Source: Phascolarctobacterium succinatutens (GTDB lineage Bacteria; Bacillota; Negativicutes; Acidaminococcales; Acidaminococcaceae). Taken from it: a stretch of 24,000 nucleotides of DNA. The translations under genes and the position numbers were made by a program. Positions within the stretch are counted from its first letter, which is position 1. Each line of letters begins with the position of its first letter. The stretch is taken from contig NZ_CAUDZA010000007.1 of assembly GCF_958453765.1 (NCBI RefSeq), positions 19,623-43,622 on the forward strand, read 5' to 3'. The notes beneath the pieces were generated by a model. It saw only the letters and a list, made by a program, of their open reading frames with translations. It was not told where the DNA came from and searched no databases. Of this stretch, positions 16,459 to 24,000 are shown piece by piece.

Positions 16459-16533
16459 ACCTTTCCAAATTGATCTATAGAAAGTATATCATTCTCCCCT
16501 CCCTAGAGTCAAATGTTTTTAACATCTATTGTT

Positions 16534-16563
16534 ATTATCAACTATAGATACTAAAATAGTCAA
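16534..16563 (-). promoter_or_regulatory. Putative promoter for the membrane-protein gene
   Basis: Minus strand: TTGACT (16563-16558), 18-nt spacer, GATAAT (16539-16534). Confidence 0.35.
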
Positions 16564-16648
16564 ACACTTTTAGGTTTCTCATCAATATCCATCTTAGAAT
16601 AAACAAGGCAAAAATGCTAAACTTACTTTAGATATGTCCACGCACACA

Positions 16649-16694
16649 AAAAGCGCACCCCCTGCCGCCGTTTTCACGGCAGCAGAGAGTGCGC
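16649..16694 (-). terminator. clpB intrinsic terminator; right copy of the direct repeat
   Basis: Minus-strand RNA GCGCACUCUCUGCUGCCG-UGAAAA-CGGCGGCAGGGGGUGCGC forms an 18-bp stem with 3 G-U pairs, followed by UUUUUGUGUG. It lies 18 nt after the clpB stop. Confidence 0.8.
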
Positions 16695-16712
16695 CAAGTC
16701 TCACAGCATATT

Positions 16713-19253
16713 TTATTTTACAACAACGTCGATGGCATCATCAGCAAGCACAACCTCAACCTTGTCGCCATTTTTAATTTCGCCTGCAACAATCTTCTTG
16801 CCCAGGATGTTTTCAACAGTGTGGACAATCAGACGTTTCAACGGACGGGCACCGAAGGCAGGATCAAAGCCGGCCTTTGCCAGGAAAGCAACAGCCTCGT
16901 CAGTATAAGTAAGCGTCAACTCAAGCTGCTTGTTCAGACGGTCGCCCAGTTCATGCAGTACCAGTTTAACGATTTCCTTAATCTGTTCTGCCTGCAGCGG
17001 TTTAAACACAACGATGTCATCAACACGGTTCAGGAATTCCGGACGGAAGAAGTTCATCAGCATCTGCTGAATCTTTTCTCTGTCCATAGAGCCCTGCGCC
17101 TTCATAATCTCGCTACTGCCAAGGTTACTGGTCATGATAATCAAAGTATTCTTGAAGTCAACGATACGGCCTTTACCATCAGTCAAACGGCCATCGTCCA
17201 GAACCTGCAGCAATACGTTAAAGACATCTGCATGTGCCTTTTCGATTTCGTCCAACAGGATTACGCTGTACGGATGACGGCGTACAGCCTCGGTCAGCTG
17301 ACCGCCTTCGTCATAGCCGACGTATCCGGGAGGCGCACCGATCAGACGAGATACGGTATGCTTCTCCATGTATTCGCTCATATCGATACGAACCATGTTG
17401 CGTTCATCATCAAAGAGCACCTCGGCCAAGGTCTTAGCCAGCTCAGTCTTGCCGACACCGGTAGGACCAAGGAAGATAAAGGAACCAATCGGACGGTTAG
17501 GATCCTTGATACCGGCACGTGCACGGATAACAGCCTCGCTGACAGCCTTGACTGCTTCATCCTGACCGATAACATGCTCGTGCAGGATTTCCTCCAGGTG
17601 AACAAGTTTAGCACGTTCACCGGTGCCTAAGCGAGCAACAGGAATGCCGGTCCAGGTGCTGACAACTTTGGCGATATCCTCTTCGTCAACCTCTTCCTTG
17701 AGCATAACATTGTCATTGCCGTTTTCATCCTTCTTGGACAAAGCAGCCAATTCCTTCTGCAGCTCAGGCAGACGGCCGTATTTCAATTCAGCCATTTTAT
17801 TCAGGTCATAGTCGCGCTCAGCCTGCTCCATCTGGTTTTTCACAGCATCGATTTCCTTCTTTACCTCACGCACGCGGGCAATAGAAGCCTTTTCTGCATC
17901 CCAGCGTTTAACAAGCTCGTCATTTTCCTTACGCAGCTTTGCCAGCTCCTCATTCAGCTTAGCCAAACGATCCTTGGACTGAGCATCCTCCTCTTTGCCC
18001 AAAGCCTGAGCTTCGATTTCCAGCTGCAGGATACGACGTTTGCTTTCATCAAGCTCGGTCGGCAGCGAATCAATTTCGGTACGCAGACGGGCAGCAGCCT
18101 CATCTACCAGGTCAATAGCCTTATCAGGTAAGAAACGGTCATTGATATAACGGTTAGAAAGCACAGCAGCAGCCACCAGGGCAGCGTCTTTAATGCGCAC
18201 GCCATGATGTACCTCATAGCGCTCACGCAGGCCACGCAGGATGGAAATTGTATCTTCAACGCTTGGCTCCTTAACCATTACCGGCTGGAAACGACGCTCC
18301 AGTGCACTGTCCTTTTCAATATACTTACGGTATTCGTTCAGCGTAGTTGCACCGATGCAGCGCAGCTCGCCACGTGCCAGCATCGGTTTCAGGATATTGC
18401 CTGCATCCATAGCACCTTCAGCAGCACCAGCACCGACAACGGTATGCAGCTCATCAATAAACATGATAATCTGACCGGCGCTTTCGCTGACAGCCTTCAA
18501 TACTTTTTTCAGACGCTCTTCGAACTCACCACGGTATTTGGCACCGGCAACCAGAGCTGCCAGGTCCAGAGCATACAGGGTTTTATTCTTCAGGCTCTCC
18601 GGTACATCGCCGGCAATAATACGTCTTGCCAGACCTTCGACGATGGCAGTTTTACCAACGCCAGGCTCACCGATAAGCACCGGATTATTTTTCTTACGAC
18701 GCGAAAGGATTTCAATCGTACGACGGATTTCCTCATCACGGCCGATTACCGGATCCAGCTTGCCTTCTTTAGCTTTTGCCGTCAAATCCTGGCCGTATTT
18801 TTCCAGCGTCTTTTTAGTTTCATCATTTGCTTCGCTATTTTGATACTGCATAAATGCCGCCTCAACTTTTTTCTTGTCTATACCATATTTACGGAAGAGC
18901 GATACTACATCGCTGTCACCGTCACTTGCCATAGCCGCAACCAGCTGGCCGATGCCGATTTCTTCCTTACTTTGTCCCAAAATAGCCATTACTCTGGCAA
19001 AGCCGGTACCCATCATCAGCTGACGGTCCTGACCTTTAACTCCGGGGATTTTCTTTACTAAAGCCTTAGCATCCTTGCTGAAAGCATTTTCATCAATGTG
19101 CAGGCTCTGCAGCAAATATTTAAAGAAGCCGTCGCTGCCGCACAATGCTGCCAGAACATGTGCCGTTGTCAGCTCCTGGTGATAGTTCATAACTGCCTGC
19201 TGCTGAGCAGCCTCCAATATAGCCTTTACCTCTTCACTGTAGCGTTCATTCAT
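16713..19253 (-). CDS. clpB: ATP-dependent chaperone/disaggregase ClpB
   Basis: Two AAA+ modules (Walker A GEPGVGKT and GPTGVGKT), a long coiled-coil middle domain, and an N-terminal Clp_N repeat. The track ORF starts at 19292, but ATG 19253 (MNERYSEEV...) lies 9 nt after GGAGG, so I use it. Confidence 0.95.
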   Translation of the reverse strand: MNERYSEEVKAILEAAQQQAVMNYHQELTTAHVLAALCGSDGFFKYLLQSLHIDENAFSKDAKALVKKIPGVKGQDRQLMMGTGFARVMAILGQSKEEIGIGQLVAAMASDGDSDVVSLFRKYGIDKKKVEAAFMQYQNSEANDETKKTLEKYGQDLTAKAKEGKLDPVIGRDEEIRRTIEILSRRKKNNPVLIGEPGVGKTAIVEGLARRIIAGDVPESLKNKTLYALDLAALVAGAKYRGEFEERLKKVLKAVSESAGQIIMFIDELHTVVGAGAAEGAMDAGNILKPMLARGELRCIGATTLNEYRKYIEKDSALERRFQPVMVKEPSVEDTISILRGLRERYEVHHGVRIKDAALVAAAVLSNRYINDRFLPDKAIDLVDEAAARLRTEIDSLPTELDESKRRILQLEIEAQALGKEEDAQSKDRLAKLNEELAKLRKENDELVKRWDAEKASIARVREVKKEIDAVKNQMEQAERDYDLNKMAELKYGRLPELQKELAALSKKDENGNDNVMLKEEVDEEDIAKVVSTWTGIPVARLGTGERAKLVHLEEILHEHVIGQDEAVKAVSEAVIRARAGIKDPNRPIGSFIFLGPTGVGKTELAKTLAEVLFDDERNMVRIDMSEYMEKHTVSRLIGAPPGYVGYDEGGQLTEAVRRHPYSVILLDEIEKAHADVFNVLLQVLDDGRLTDGKGRIVDFKNTLIIMTSNLGSSEIMKAQGSMDREKIQQMLMNFFRPEFLNRVDDIVVFKPLQAEQIKEIVKLVLHELGDRLNKQLELTLTYTDEAVAFLAKAGFDPAFGARPLKRLIVHTVENILGKKIVAGEIKNGDKVEVVLADDAIDVVVK

Positions 19254-19345
19254 CACGCTGCACCTCCTTCTATCAGGTTCAATAGCAGTCAATAACCGAA
19301 TGGACTCTTTTCCATTTCCGGACCACTATTCACTTTCTAATTGCT

Positions 19346-19373
19346 ATTATATCAGCAAAAGTCAAAAAGTCAA
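19346..19373 (-). promoter_or_regulatory. Sigma-A promoter of clpB
   Basis: Minus strand: TTGACT (19373-19368), 16-nt spacer, TATAAT (19351-19346). Confidence 0.5.
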
Positions 19374-19374
19374 A
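19360..19374. promoter_or_regulatory. Tandem AGTCAAA heptads overlapping the clpB -35 and spacer (CtsR-like operator?)
   Basis: The plus strand reads AGTCAAA-A-AGTCAAA. The CtsR consensus as I recall it is RGTCAAA-NAN-RGTCAAA, so the half-sites match but the spacer is 1 nt rather than 3. Confidence 0.3.
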
Positions 19375-19476
19375 TAGTTTTCTGTGTTAATTCAGTGAAA
19401 AATTACCATCATTTTGTTGACATATTGTTAGCTTTGTGGCAATATTAATAGCATGTCGTTCTGTCGGCCAAGTACC

Positions 19477-19550
19477 CTTAACCCCAAAGACCATCGGCTA
19501 ACCCCGGCCGTTTTGACCTTTATGCGTACTTCCACCAACAGGTCTATAAT
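19477..19550 (+). promoter_or_regulatory. Direct repeats CTTAACCCC / GCTAACCCC (20-nt period) upstream of a -35-less TATAAT before lrgAB
   Basis: Repeats lie at 19477-19485 and 19497-19505. TATAAT lies at 19545-19550 with no TTGACA-like hexamer at 16-18 nt. This geometry is typical of an activator-dependent promoter. Confidence 0.3.
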
Positions 19551-19586
19551 TATATTATTTGTCATGTTTTATGAGGAGGAAACAAA

Positions 19587-19949
19587 ATGTCACCCACCAG
19601 CTTATTGCGCGGTATTGCCTTTTTGCTGCTTTTGCAATGGGTATCCACGCTTATCATCAACGCCCTCGGCGTACCATTTCCGCCCGCTCTTTTGGGAATG
19701 CTGATTTTAACGGCACTTCTCTGCGGCAACGTTATTCCGGCAAGCTCCATCGAGGGCATCTGCGATATCCTGATTTCCAAAATGGGCATGCTGTTTTTAC
19801 CGGCAGGCGTCAGCGTTATATTATATGTAGATGTTATCAAAGCTGAGCTGCTGCCCATTACTGTTACCATTGTTGTCTGCAGCATTGTCGTTCTGAGCAT
19901 TACAGCCTTCTTTATCGAAGCAATGCTTAAAGGAAAGGAGAGTCAATGA
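19587..19949 (+). CDS. lrgA: CidA/LrgA family holin-like membrane protein
   Basis: 120 aa with four hydrophobic helices. GAGGAGG SD lies 7 nt upstream. It is translationally coupled (ATGA overlap) to the LrgB-family gene. Confidence 0.85.
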   Translation: MSPTSLLRGIAFLLLLQWVSTLIINALGVPFPPALLGMLILTALLCGNVIPASSIEGICDILISKMGMLFLPAGVSVILYVDVIKAELLPITVTIVVCSIVVLSITAFFIEAMLKGKESQ

Positions 19950-20662
19950 TGCTTTTTCCTGACGTTTTACTTAACTCACCGCTCTTTGGCATCGGTCTGA
20001 CAGTTATCCTGTACGTTATCAGCGAAATCATCATCGACCGCTTCAGCCTGAACATCATTCCGCCCTTCGTTATCGCCTGCCCTCTGGTCATTGCTGTCAT
20101 CGTTCTGGCGCCCGGCGTAGAGTACAAACAGTACGAGGCAGGTGCGGAATTCATTAACTTTCTTTTAGGACCGGCAACCATCGCTCTGGCCCTGCCCCTG
20201 TACAAGAATCGTGAACTCATCATGGCCAAGGCCGGTGCTATTGCCGGCGGCGTTACATTGGCAACGCTTTCGGCTATCATAGTGGTTTACTTCTGTGGCA
20301 AGGCCATGGGTACCAGCGAGCAGGTTCTGCTTTCGCTCATCCCCAAATCCATTACCACGCCAATCGCCATTGACGTTTCCAAAACCATCGGCGGCATTCC
20401 GGCATTGACTACGGCTGCTGTTATCTTTACCGGCATGCTGGGTTCAACCTTTAATCACAAGCTGCTGCGTCTTCTGGGAATCAAAAGCCATTTGGCTGCC
20501 GGCCTCGCTATCGGCGCCTCCAGCCACGGCCTCGGCACCAGCGTCTGCGCCAATGTCAGCCCCGTTCAGCTGGCTATCGGCGGTGTAGCGATTGCCCTTA
20601 CCGGCATCAGCACCTCTATCCTGGCACCGATTTTACTGCCGATTTTAAAAAGCATCTGGTAA
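19946..20662 (+). CDS. lrgB: LrgB family membrane protein
   Basis: 238 aa, polytopic. Conserved stretches LLGPATIALALPLY, SLIPKSITTPIA and GASSHGLGT are typical of LrgB/CidB. Confidence 0.9.
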   Translation: MMLFPDVLLNSPLFGIGLTVILYVISEIIIDRFSLNIIPPFVIACPLVIAVIVLAPGVEYKQYEAGAEFINFLLGPATIALALPLYKNRELIMAKAGAIAGGVTLATLSAIIVVYFCGKAMGTSEQVLLSLIPKSITTPIAIDVSKTIGGIPALTTAAVIFTGMLGSTFNHKLLRLLGIKSHLAAGLAIGASSHGLGTSVCANVSPVQLAIGGVAIALTGISTSILAPILLPILKSIW

Positions 20663-20676
20663 GCAGATAAAGCAAA

Positions 20677-20723
20677 AGCCCAAATTCTCACATACATTTC
20701 ATGTGGGAATTCGGGCTTTTTTT
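20677..20723. terminator. Bidirectional terminator between lrgB and the 86-aa gene
   Basis: A 17-bp stem AGCCCAAATTCTCACAT / ATGTGGGAATTCGGGCT with one mismatch and one G-U. TTTTTTTGTTTTT follows on the plus strand, and an A-run precedes it, giving a U-run on the minus strand. Confidence 0.75.
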
Positions 20724-20727
20724 GTTT

Positions 20728-20988
20728 TTAGAGATGCGGAATAATCCCGCGCAGCTCGGAAAAAATTACTGCCGCCTTATCTGCAGGATATACGCTGCAC
20801 GGCAGCTGCCGCAGATCCTCCGTGCGCCAGCCTTTGTTTTCTTCCGCCAGCTTGGTCAGTGCTTCTTCCAAATCATGTGCGAGCACAACAGCAATCGCAT
20901 CAAGATAAAATTCGCTGTTGACGCAGGGCTCATCAATCATACTGTGACTGTGATATGTTTTGTTGTGTCGCCAAACGTAAATGTTCAT
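20728..20988 (-). CDS. 86-aa hypothetical protein
   Basis: GGAGGG SD lies 7 nt before the ATG and the composition is host-like. I recognise no family (MNIYVWRHNKTYHSHSMIDEP...). Confidence 0.6.
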   Translation of the reverse strand: MNIYVWRHNKTYHSHSMIDEPCVNSEFYLDAIAVVLAHDLEEALTKLAEENKGWRTEDLRQLPCSVYPADKAAVIFSELRGIIPHL

Positions 20989-21076
20989 GCAGCATCCCTC
21001 CGTTCATGGTGATATTTGTTTAATTCTTGGGAGGGAGCAGTTTTTCCTGCTGAAAGACCCCAAAGTCGAAACAACG

Positions 21077-21111
21077 TAAAAAAGGACTACCACGCTAAGC
21101 ATGATAGTCCT
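21077..21111 (-). terminator. Intrinsic terminator of metH
   Basis: Minus-strand RNA AGGACUA-N15-UAGUCCU is followed by UUUUUU. It lies about 20 nt after the metH stop. Confidence 0.6.
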
Positions 21112-21130
21112 CAAATTATCTGTATATAAA

Positions 21131-23488
21131 TTATTTGCCCAGGATTTCGTTGACGTAGTTTACCGCACTGACAGCGTTCGGTGCATAATGCTCGGCACCG
21201 ATGGTATCAGCGTATTCCTGCGTGAGCACCGCACCGCCGACAACAACCTGACAGTCACATTCATTATGCAACGCAGCAATAGTTTCTTCCATTGCGCCTA
21301 CTGTCGTTGTCATCAATGCAGATAAACCGACAACCTTGGCGTCAGTTTTCTTGGCTGCCTCCACAACTGCTTCCACAGGCACATCCTTGCCCAAGTCAAG
21401 CACGCGATAACCATAGTTTTCCAACAGTACCTTAACGATGTTTTTGCCGATATCATGGATATCACCGTGGACGGTAGCAATAATCACTGTTTCTCCCTGT
21501 GTTTCACCCACGCCGACAGCCTCACGGATAACCTCAAAGGCTGCCTTCGCCGCATCAGCGCTCATCAGAAGCTGCGGCAGGAAGAGAGTTTTCTTTTCAA
21601 AGCCATGACCGACAAAATCAAGCGCAGGAATCATATACTTGTTAATGATATCCAAAGGCTTTTCGCTTTCCAGAGCCTTGGCTGCGGCCTGACGCGCAGG
21701 TCCCTGCAGTCCTTTGACAATGGCATCGTAAAGACCCATTTCGCTTACTGTTGTTGCTGCAGCCTTCGGTGCATCTGCATAATGCTGCACGTATTCCTTG
21801 CAACCCTCGTCATAGCCTGCCAGCGCACGATAACCGTAATAAGCATCCATCATCGGCTTGCTCTGCGGATTGATAATGCCACAGGAAAGGCCTGCTGCCA
21901 TCGCCATGCTGAAGAAGGTGCTGTTGACGGCATCACGGCCGGGAAGACCGAAGGAAATATTGGAAACACCCATAACAGTGTTGATGCCGCGTGCCTTCAT
22001 CGTGCGGATAACCTCACAGGCAATCGCCGCGTTATCGGCACCGGTGGAAATCGTCAGTGCCAGCGGGTCCACAACTATATTGCGGCTTTCAATGCCGTAT
22101 TCGGCCGCACGGGCGATAATTTTTTCGGCCACAGCGATACGTCCTGCTGCAGTAGCGGGAATACCGCTGTCATCAAGACACAGTGCAACCAGCACAGCGC
22201 CGTATTTTTTAGCCAGCGGCAGCACATGCTGCAGGCTGTCCTCCTTGCCGTTGACGGAATTGAGCATCGGCTTGCCGTTATAAAGGCGCAGTGCTTTTTC
22301 CATTGCTTCGTAATTAGATGTATCAATCTGCAGCGGGGTATCGGTAATCGCCTGCAGCGCCGGCACAGCCTTTGCGGCCATTGCCGCTTCGTCAATGCCC
22401 GGCGTTCCAACGTTAACGTCCAGAATCTGCGCGCCTACGCCAATCTGCTCCAGACCGAGGCGGCACACATAATCAAGGTCACTGTTGACCAATGCTTCCT
22501 TCAAACGCTTTTTGCCTGTAGGATTGATGCGTTCGCCGATAATTATAGGACCTTCGCCAAGATGCACTGCCTTGCCGTAGGAGGATACCGCCGTCAGACG
22601 GCAATCACGCGTACCTCCGGGCTGCAGAGTTTTGCATTTGGCAATCATCTGCGCAATATGCTCCGGCGTTGTACCGCAGCAGCCGCCGACGATGCTTGCT
22701 CCCTTGCCTGCAAGCTCGTACATCAGCTCCGCATATTCCTCCGGGCCGACATCAAAGCAGGTCTTGCCGTCACGCTGTACCGGCAGTCCGGCATTCGGAT
22801 TGATAATCAATGGCAGGCTAGTTGCCGCCAGCATCTGCTGGAACAGCTTACCCACCTGCACCGGTCCCAGACCGCAGTTAAAGCCGATGGCATCTACGCC
22901 CAGGCCTTCGCACATCAGAGCGGCAGCCTCTACCGTAGCACCGGTCAACAGCTTGCCATCCTCGTCAAAGGTCATGGTCACGCAAATCGGCAAATCACAG
23001 TTTTCCTTAGACGCCAAAACCGCAGCTTTGATTTCATAGGTGTCGCTCATCGTTTCGATAAGAATAAGATCCGCACCGGCAGCAGCACCGTAACGTACCA
23101 TTTCGCCGTAGGCTTCTACTGCCTTTTCAAAAGGCAAATCGCCATAAGGAGCCAACAGCTTGCCTGTCGGTCCCAAATTCAGCGCAACAAATTTATTTTC
23201 CCTGCCACCGCAGGCCTTCTTGGCAATCGCCACAGCCGCTTCGATGGTTTCCTTGCAATCCAGGCCGGAGCCTGCCAGCTTCAACGGATTAGCGCCGAAG
23301 GTATTGGATTTTACGATATTGGAGCCTACATCAAGATAACTGCGATGCACAGCCTCTACAATATCGGGGTGTGTAAAATTCCAGCTTTCGGGCAGCTCAC
23401 CCGGCTGCAGACCGCGTGCCTGCAGCTGTGTGCCGGTGGCACCATCAAAGAACAGCATTTGCTTGCCTAACAATTCCTTAAAATTCAT
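21131..23488 (-). CDS. metH: Cobalamin-dependent methionine synthase core (Hcy-binding + pterin-binding + B12-binding domains; lacks the reactivation domain)
   Basis: 785 aa. Hcy S-methyltransferase domain with the Zn-ligand pair GGCCGTTPEHI, a pterin-binding barrel, a B12 cap, and the DxHxxG motif (GDIHDIGKN). The protein ends right after the Rossmann B12 domain. Confidence 0.9.
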   Translation of the reverse strand: MNFKELLGKQMLFFDGATGTQLQARGLQPGELPESWNFTHPDIVEAVHRSYLDVGSNIVKSNTFGANPLKLAGSGLDCKETIEAAVAIAKKACGGRENKFVALNLGPTGKLLAPYGDLPFEKAVEAYGEMVRYGAAAGADLILIETMSDTYEIKAAVLASKENCDLPICVTMTFDEDGKLLTGATVEAAALMCEGLGVDAIGFNCGLGPVQVGKLFQQMLAATSLPLIINPNAGLPVQRDGKTCFDVGPEEYAELMYELAGKGASIVGGCCGTTPEHIAQMIAKCKTLQPGGTRDCRLTAVSSYGKAVHLGEGPIIIGERINPTGKKRLKEALVNSDLDYVCRLGLEQIGVGAQILDVNVGTPGIDEAAMAAKAVPALQAITDTPLQIDTSNYEAMEKALRLYNGKPMLNSVNGKEDSLQHVLPLAKKYGAVLVALCLDDSGIPATAAGRIAVAEKIIARAAEYGIESRNIVVDPLALTISTGADNAAIACEVIRTMKARGINTVMGVSNISFGLPGRDAVNSTFFSMAMAAGLSCGIINPQSKPMMDAYYGYRALAGYDEGCKEYVQHYADAPKAAATTVSEMGLYDAIVKGLQGPARQAAAKALESEKPLDIINKYMIPALDFVGHGFEKKTLFLPQLLMSADAAKAAFEVIREAVGVGETQGETVIIATVHGDIHDIGKNIVKVLLENYGYRVLDLGKDVPVEAVVEAAKKTDAKVVGLSALMTTTVGAMEETIAALHNECDCQVVVGGAVLTQEYADTIGAEHYAPNAVSAVNYVNEILGK

Positions 23489-23504
23489 AAATTAAATCTT
23501 CTCC

Positions 23505-24000
23505 TCAAACTTTCTTAATATCAGTATCTCTGTAAGGACAGTTTATATTACTGCAGGTCATACATTTATTCTGCACGCAGGCAGCATCTTCCGATAAGCC
23601 GATGATTGCCGTCACCGACTTGGACGGAGCCATCATCAGTCCGTCCGTCAGCGTCAGGCCGATGCGTTTGGCGCAGTTCAGCACTGCGAACAGCTGACGC
23701 TGCTCCTCCAGCGGCCAATCTCCGTAACCAGGCGAAAAGCGCGGACGCTGCAGCAGACCGCCGGTTTCAGCCTGCGCCTGCACTTCATCGCAATAGCTTT
23801 CAATCAGCGCCGCTGCCACAGCCTGAGCCGCCGCACCTTCAGCAACGCTGATGAGCGCAAGGCGGCGGATGGCTGCGTCCACCCTGCTGCCGAGTGTTGC
23901 ACCCATAAGCAGCACAGTGTCGCAACCCTTTAAATGACGCGCCAACGCACGCGAATGAAAGCGTACGCCGCAGTCCAGCGTTACGCCTGCCTCATCTGCC
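23505..24000 (-). CDS. Separate methionine synthase activation (AdoMet-binding/reactivation) domain protein, 5'-partial at the window edge
   Basis: The reading frame stays open to position 24000; the track's start at 23945 is only an internal TTG. RPRFSPGYGDWPLEEQ resembles the RxxxGY AdoMet-binding motif of the MetH C-terminal domain. There is a C-terminal Cys-rich tail, and the gene stops 16 nt before metH. Confidence 0.8.
   Translation of the reverse strand, partial: ADEAGVTLDCGVRFHSRALARHLKGCDTVLLMGATLGSRVDAAIRRLALISVAEGAAAQAVAAALIESYCDEVQAQAETGGLLQRPRFSPGYGDWPLEEQRQLFAVLNCAKRIGLTLTDGLMMAPSKSVTAIIGLSEDAACVQNKCMTCSNINCPYRDTDIKKV

Larger units (their letters stand above)
14498..16648. mobile_element. 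AT-rich genomic islet (two genes plus a non-coding element) between the two terminator copies; no recombinase visible
   Basis: There is an abrupt composition change. My spot counts of 60-nt lines are 14/60 (line 15781) and 23/60 (line 14701) G+C inside, against 40/60 in clpB (line 17281). It is flanked by 44/46-nt direct repeats and its contents are unrelated to the neighbouring pathways. Confidence 0.55.

Noticed and set aside
14498-16648. Terminal inverted repeats, a target-site duplication of IS type, or a recombinase gene that would make the islet a conventional IS, transposon or integrative element.
   Set aside because: The sequences just inside the two direct repeats are not inverted copies of each other. 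No transposase- or integrase-like ORF exists in any frame. I therefore describe it only as an islet flanked by a duplicated terminator.
19453-19900. Overlapping ORFs of 83, 95 and 112 aa around the start of lrgA.
   Set aside because: They overlap the well-supported lrgA frame or its leader, lack SDs, and have implausible composition.
21455-23470. Very long ORFs antisense to real genes: 671 aa opposite metH, 440 aa (12280-13602) opposite purF, 313 aa and 285 aa opposite clpB, 267 aa opposite map, 239/201 aa opposite guaB, 200 aa opposite purD, and 181/202 aa opposite purN/purM.
   Set aside because: In each case the opposite strand encodes a full-length protein with unmistakable family motifs. 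The antisense translations are low-complexity (rich in R, C, Q, H, N), lack SD sequences, and resemble no family I know. Long antisense ORFs are expected where codon usage disfavours the reverse complements of stop codons.

Overview
This 24-kb window looks like chromosomal DNA from a moderately GC-rich Bacillota (Clostridia-like) genome, judging by GGAGG-type ribosome-binding sites, a split MetH and a purE-F-M-N-H'-D cluster. Most of it is housekeeping, largely on the minus strand: a partial NCS2 purine permease, map, dedA, a threonine-aldolase-like PLP enzyme, an AlaX-type editing protein, a HAD phosphatase, a metallophosphoesterase, guaB, a purine operon (purE-purF-purM-purN-IMP cyclohydrolase domain-purD), clpB, lrgAB, a small orphan gene, and a split cobalamin methionine synthase whose activation-domain protein runs off the right edge. 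I saw no rRNA, tRNA, CRISPR array, transposase or integrase. Three regions are not housekeeping. (1) An AT-rich islet of about 2.2 kb (14498-16648) sits between the pur promoter and clpB. It is bracketed by 44/46-nt direct repeats that are two copies of the clpB intrinsic terminator. It carries a 200-aa protein I tentatively recognise as a PBECR4-like (BECR-fold) RNase, preceded by its own promoter, a structured non-coding leader of about 185 nt and a terminator hairpin, which is a type III toxin-antitoxin-like layout. It also carries a 314-aa single-pass membrane protein of unknown function. This is my best candidate for an undescribed toxin or defence module. (2) A type I toxin-antitoxin-like locus (3774-4072) has a 25-codon Hol-Tox-like hydrophobic peptide with a near-consensus promoter, an SD-sequestering GNRA hairpin, and a convergent sRNA candidate of about 95 nt sharing a bidirectional terminator. 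(3) An in-register array of 17 heptads fills the purE-purF spacer; 16 of them begin with a stop triplet (UAG-N4 x5, then UAA/UGA-N4). All functional calls come from reading translations and motifs by eye. No database search or folding computation was possible.
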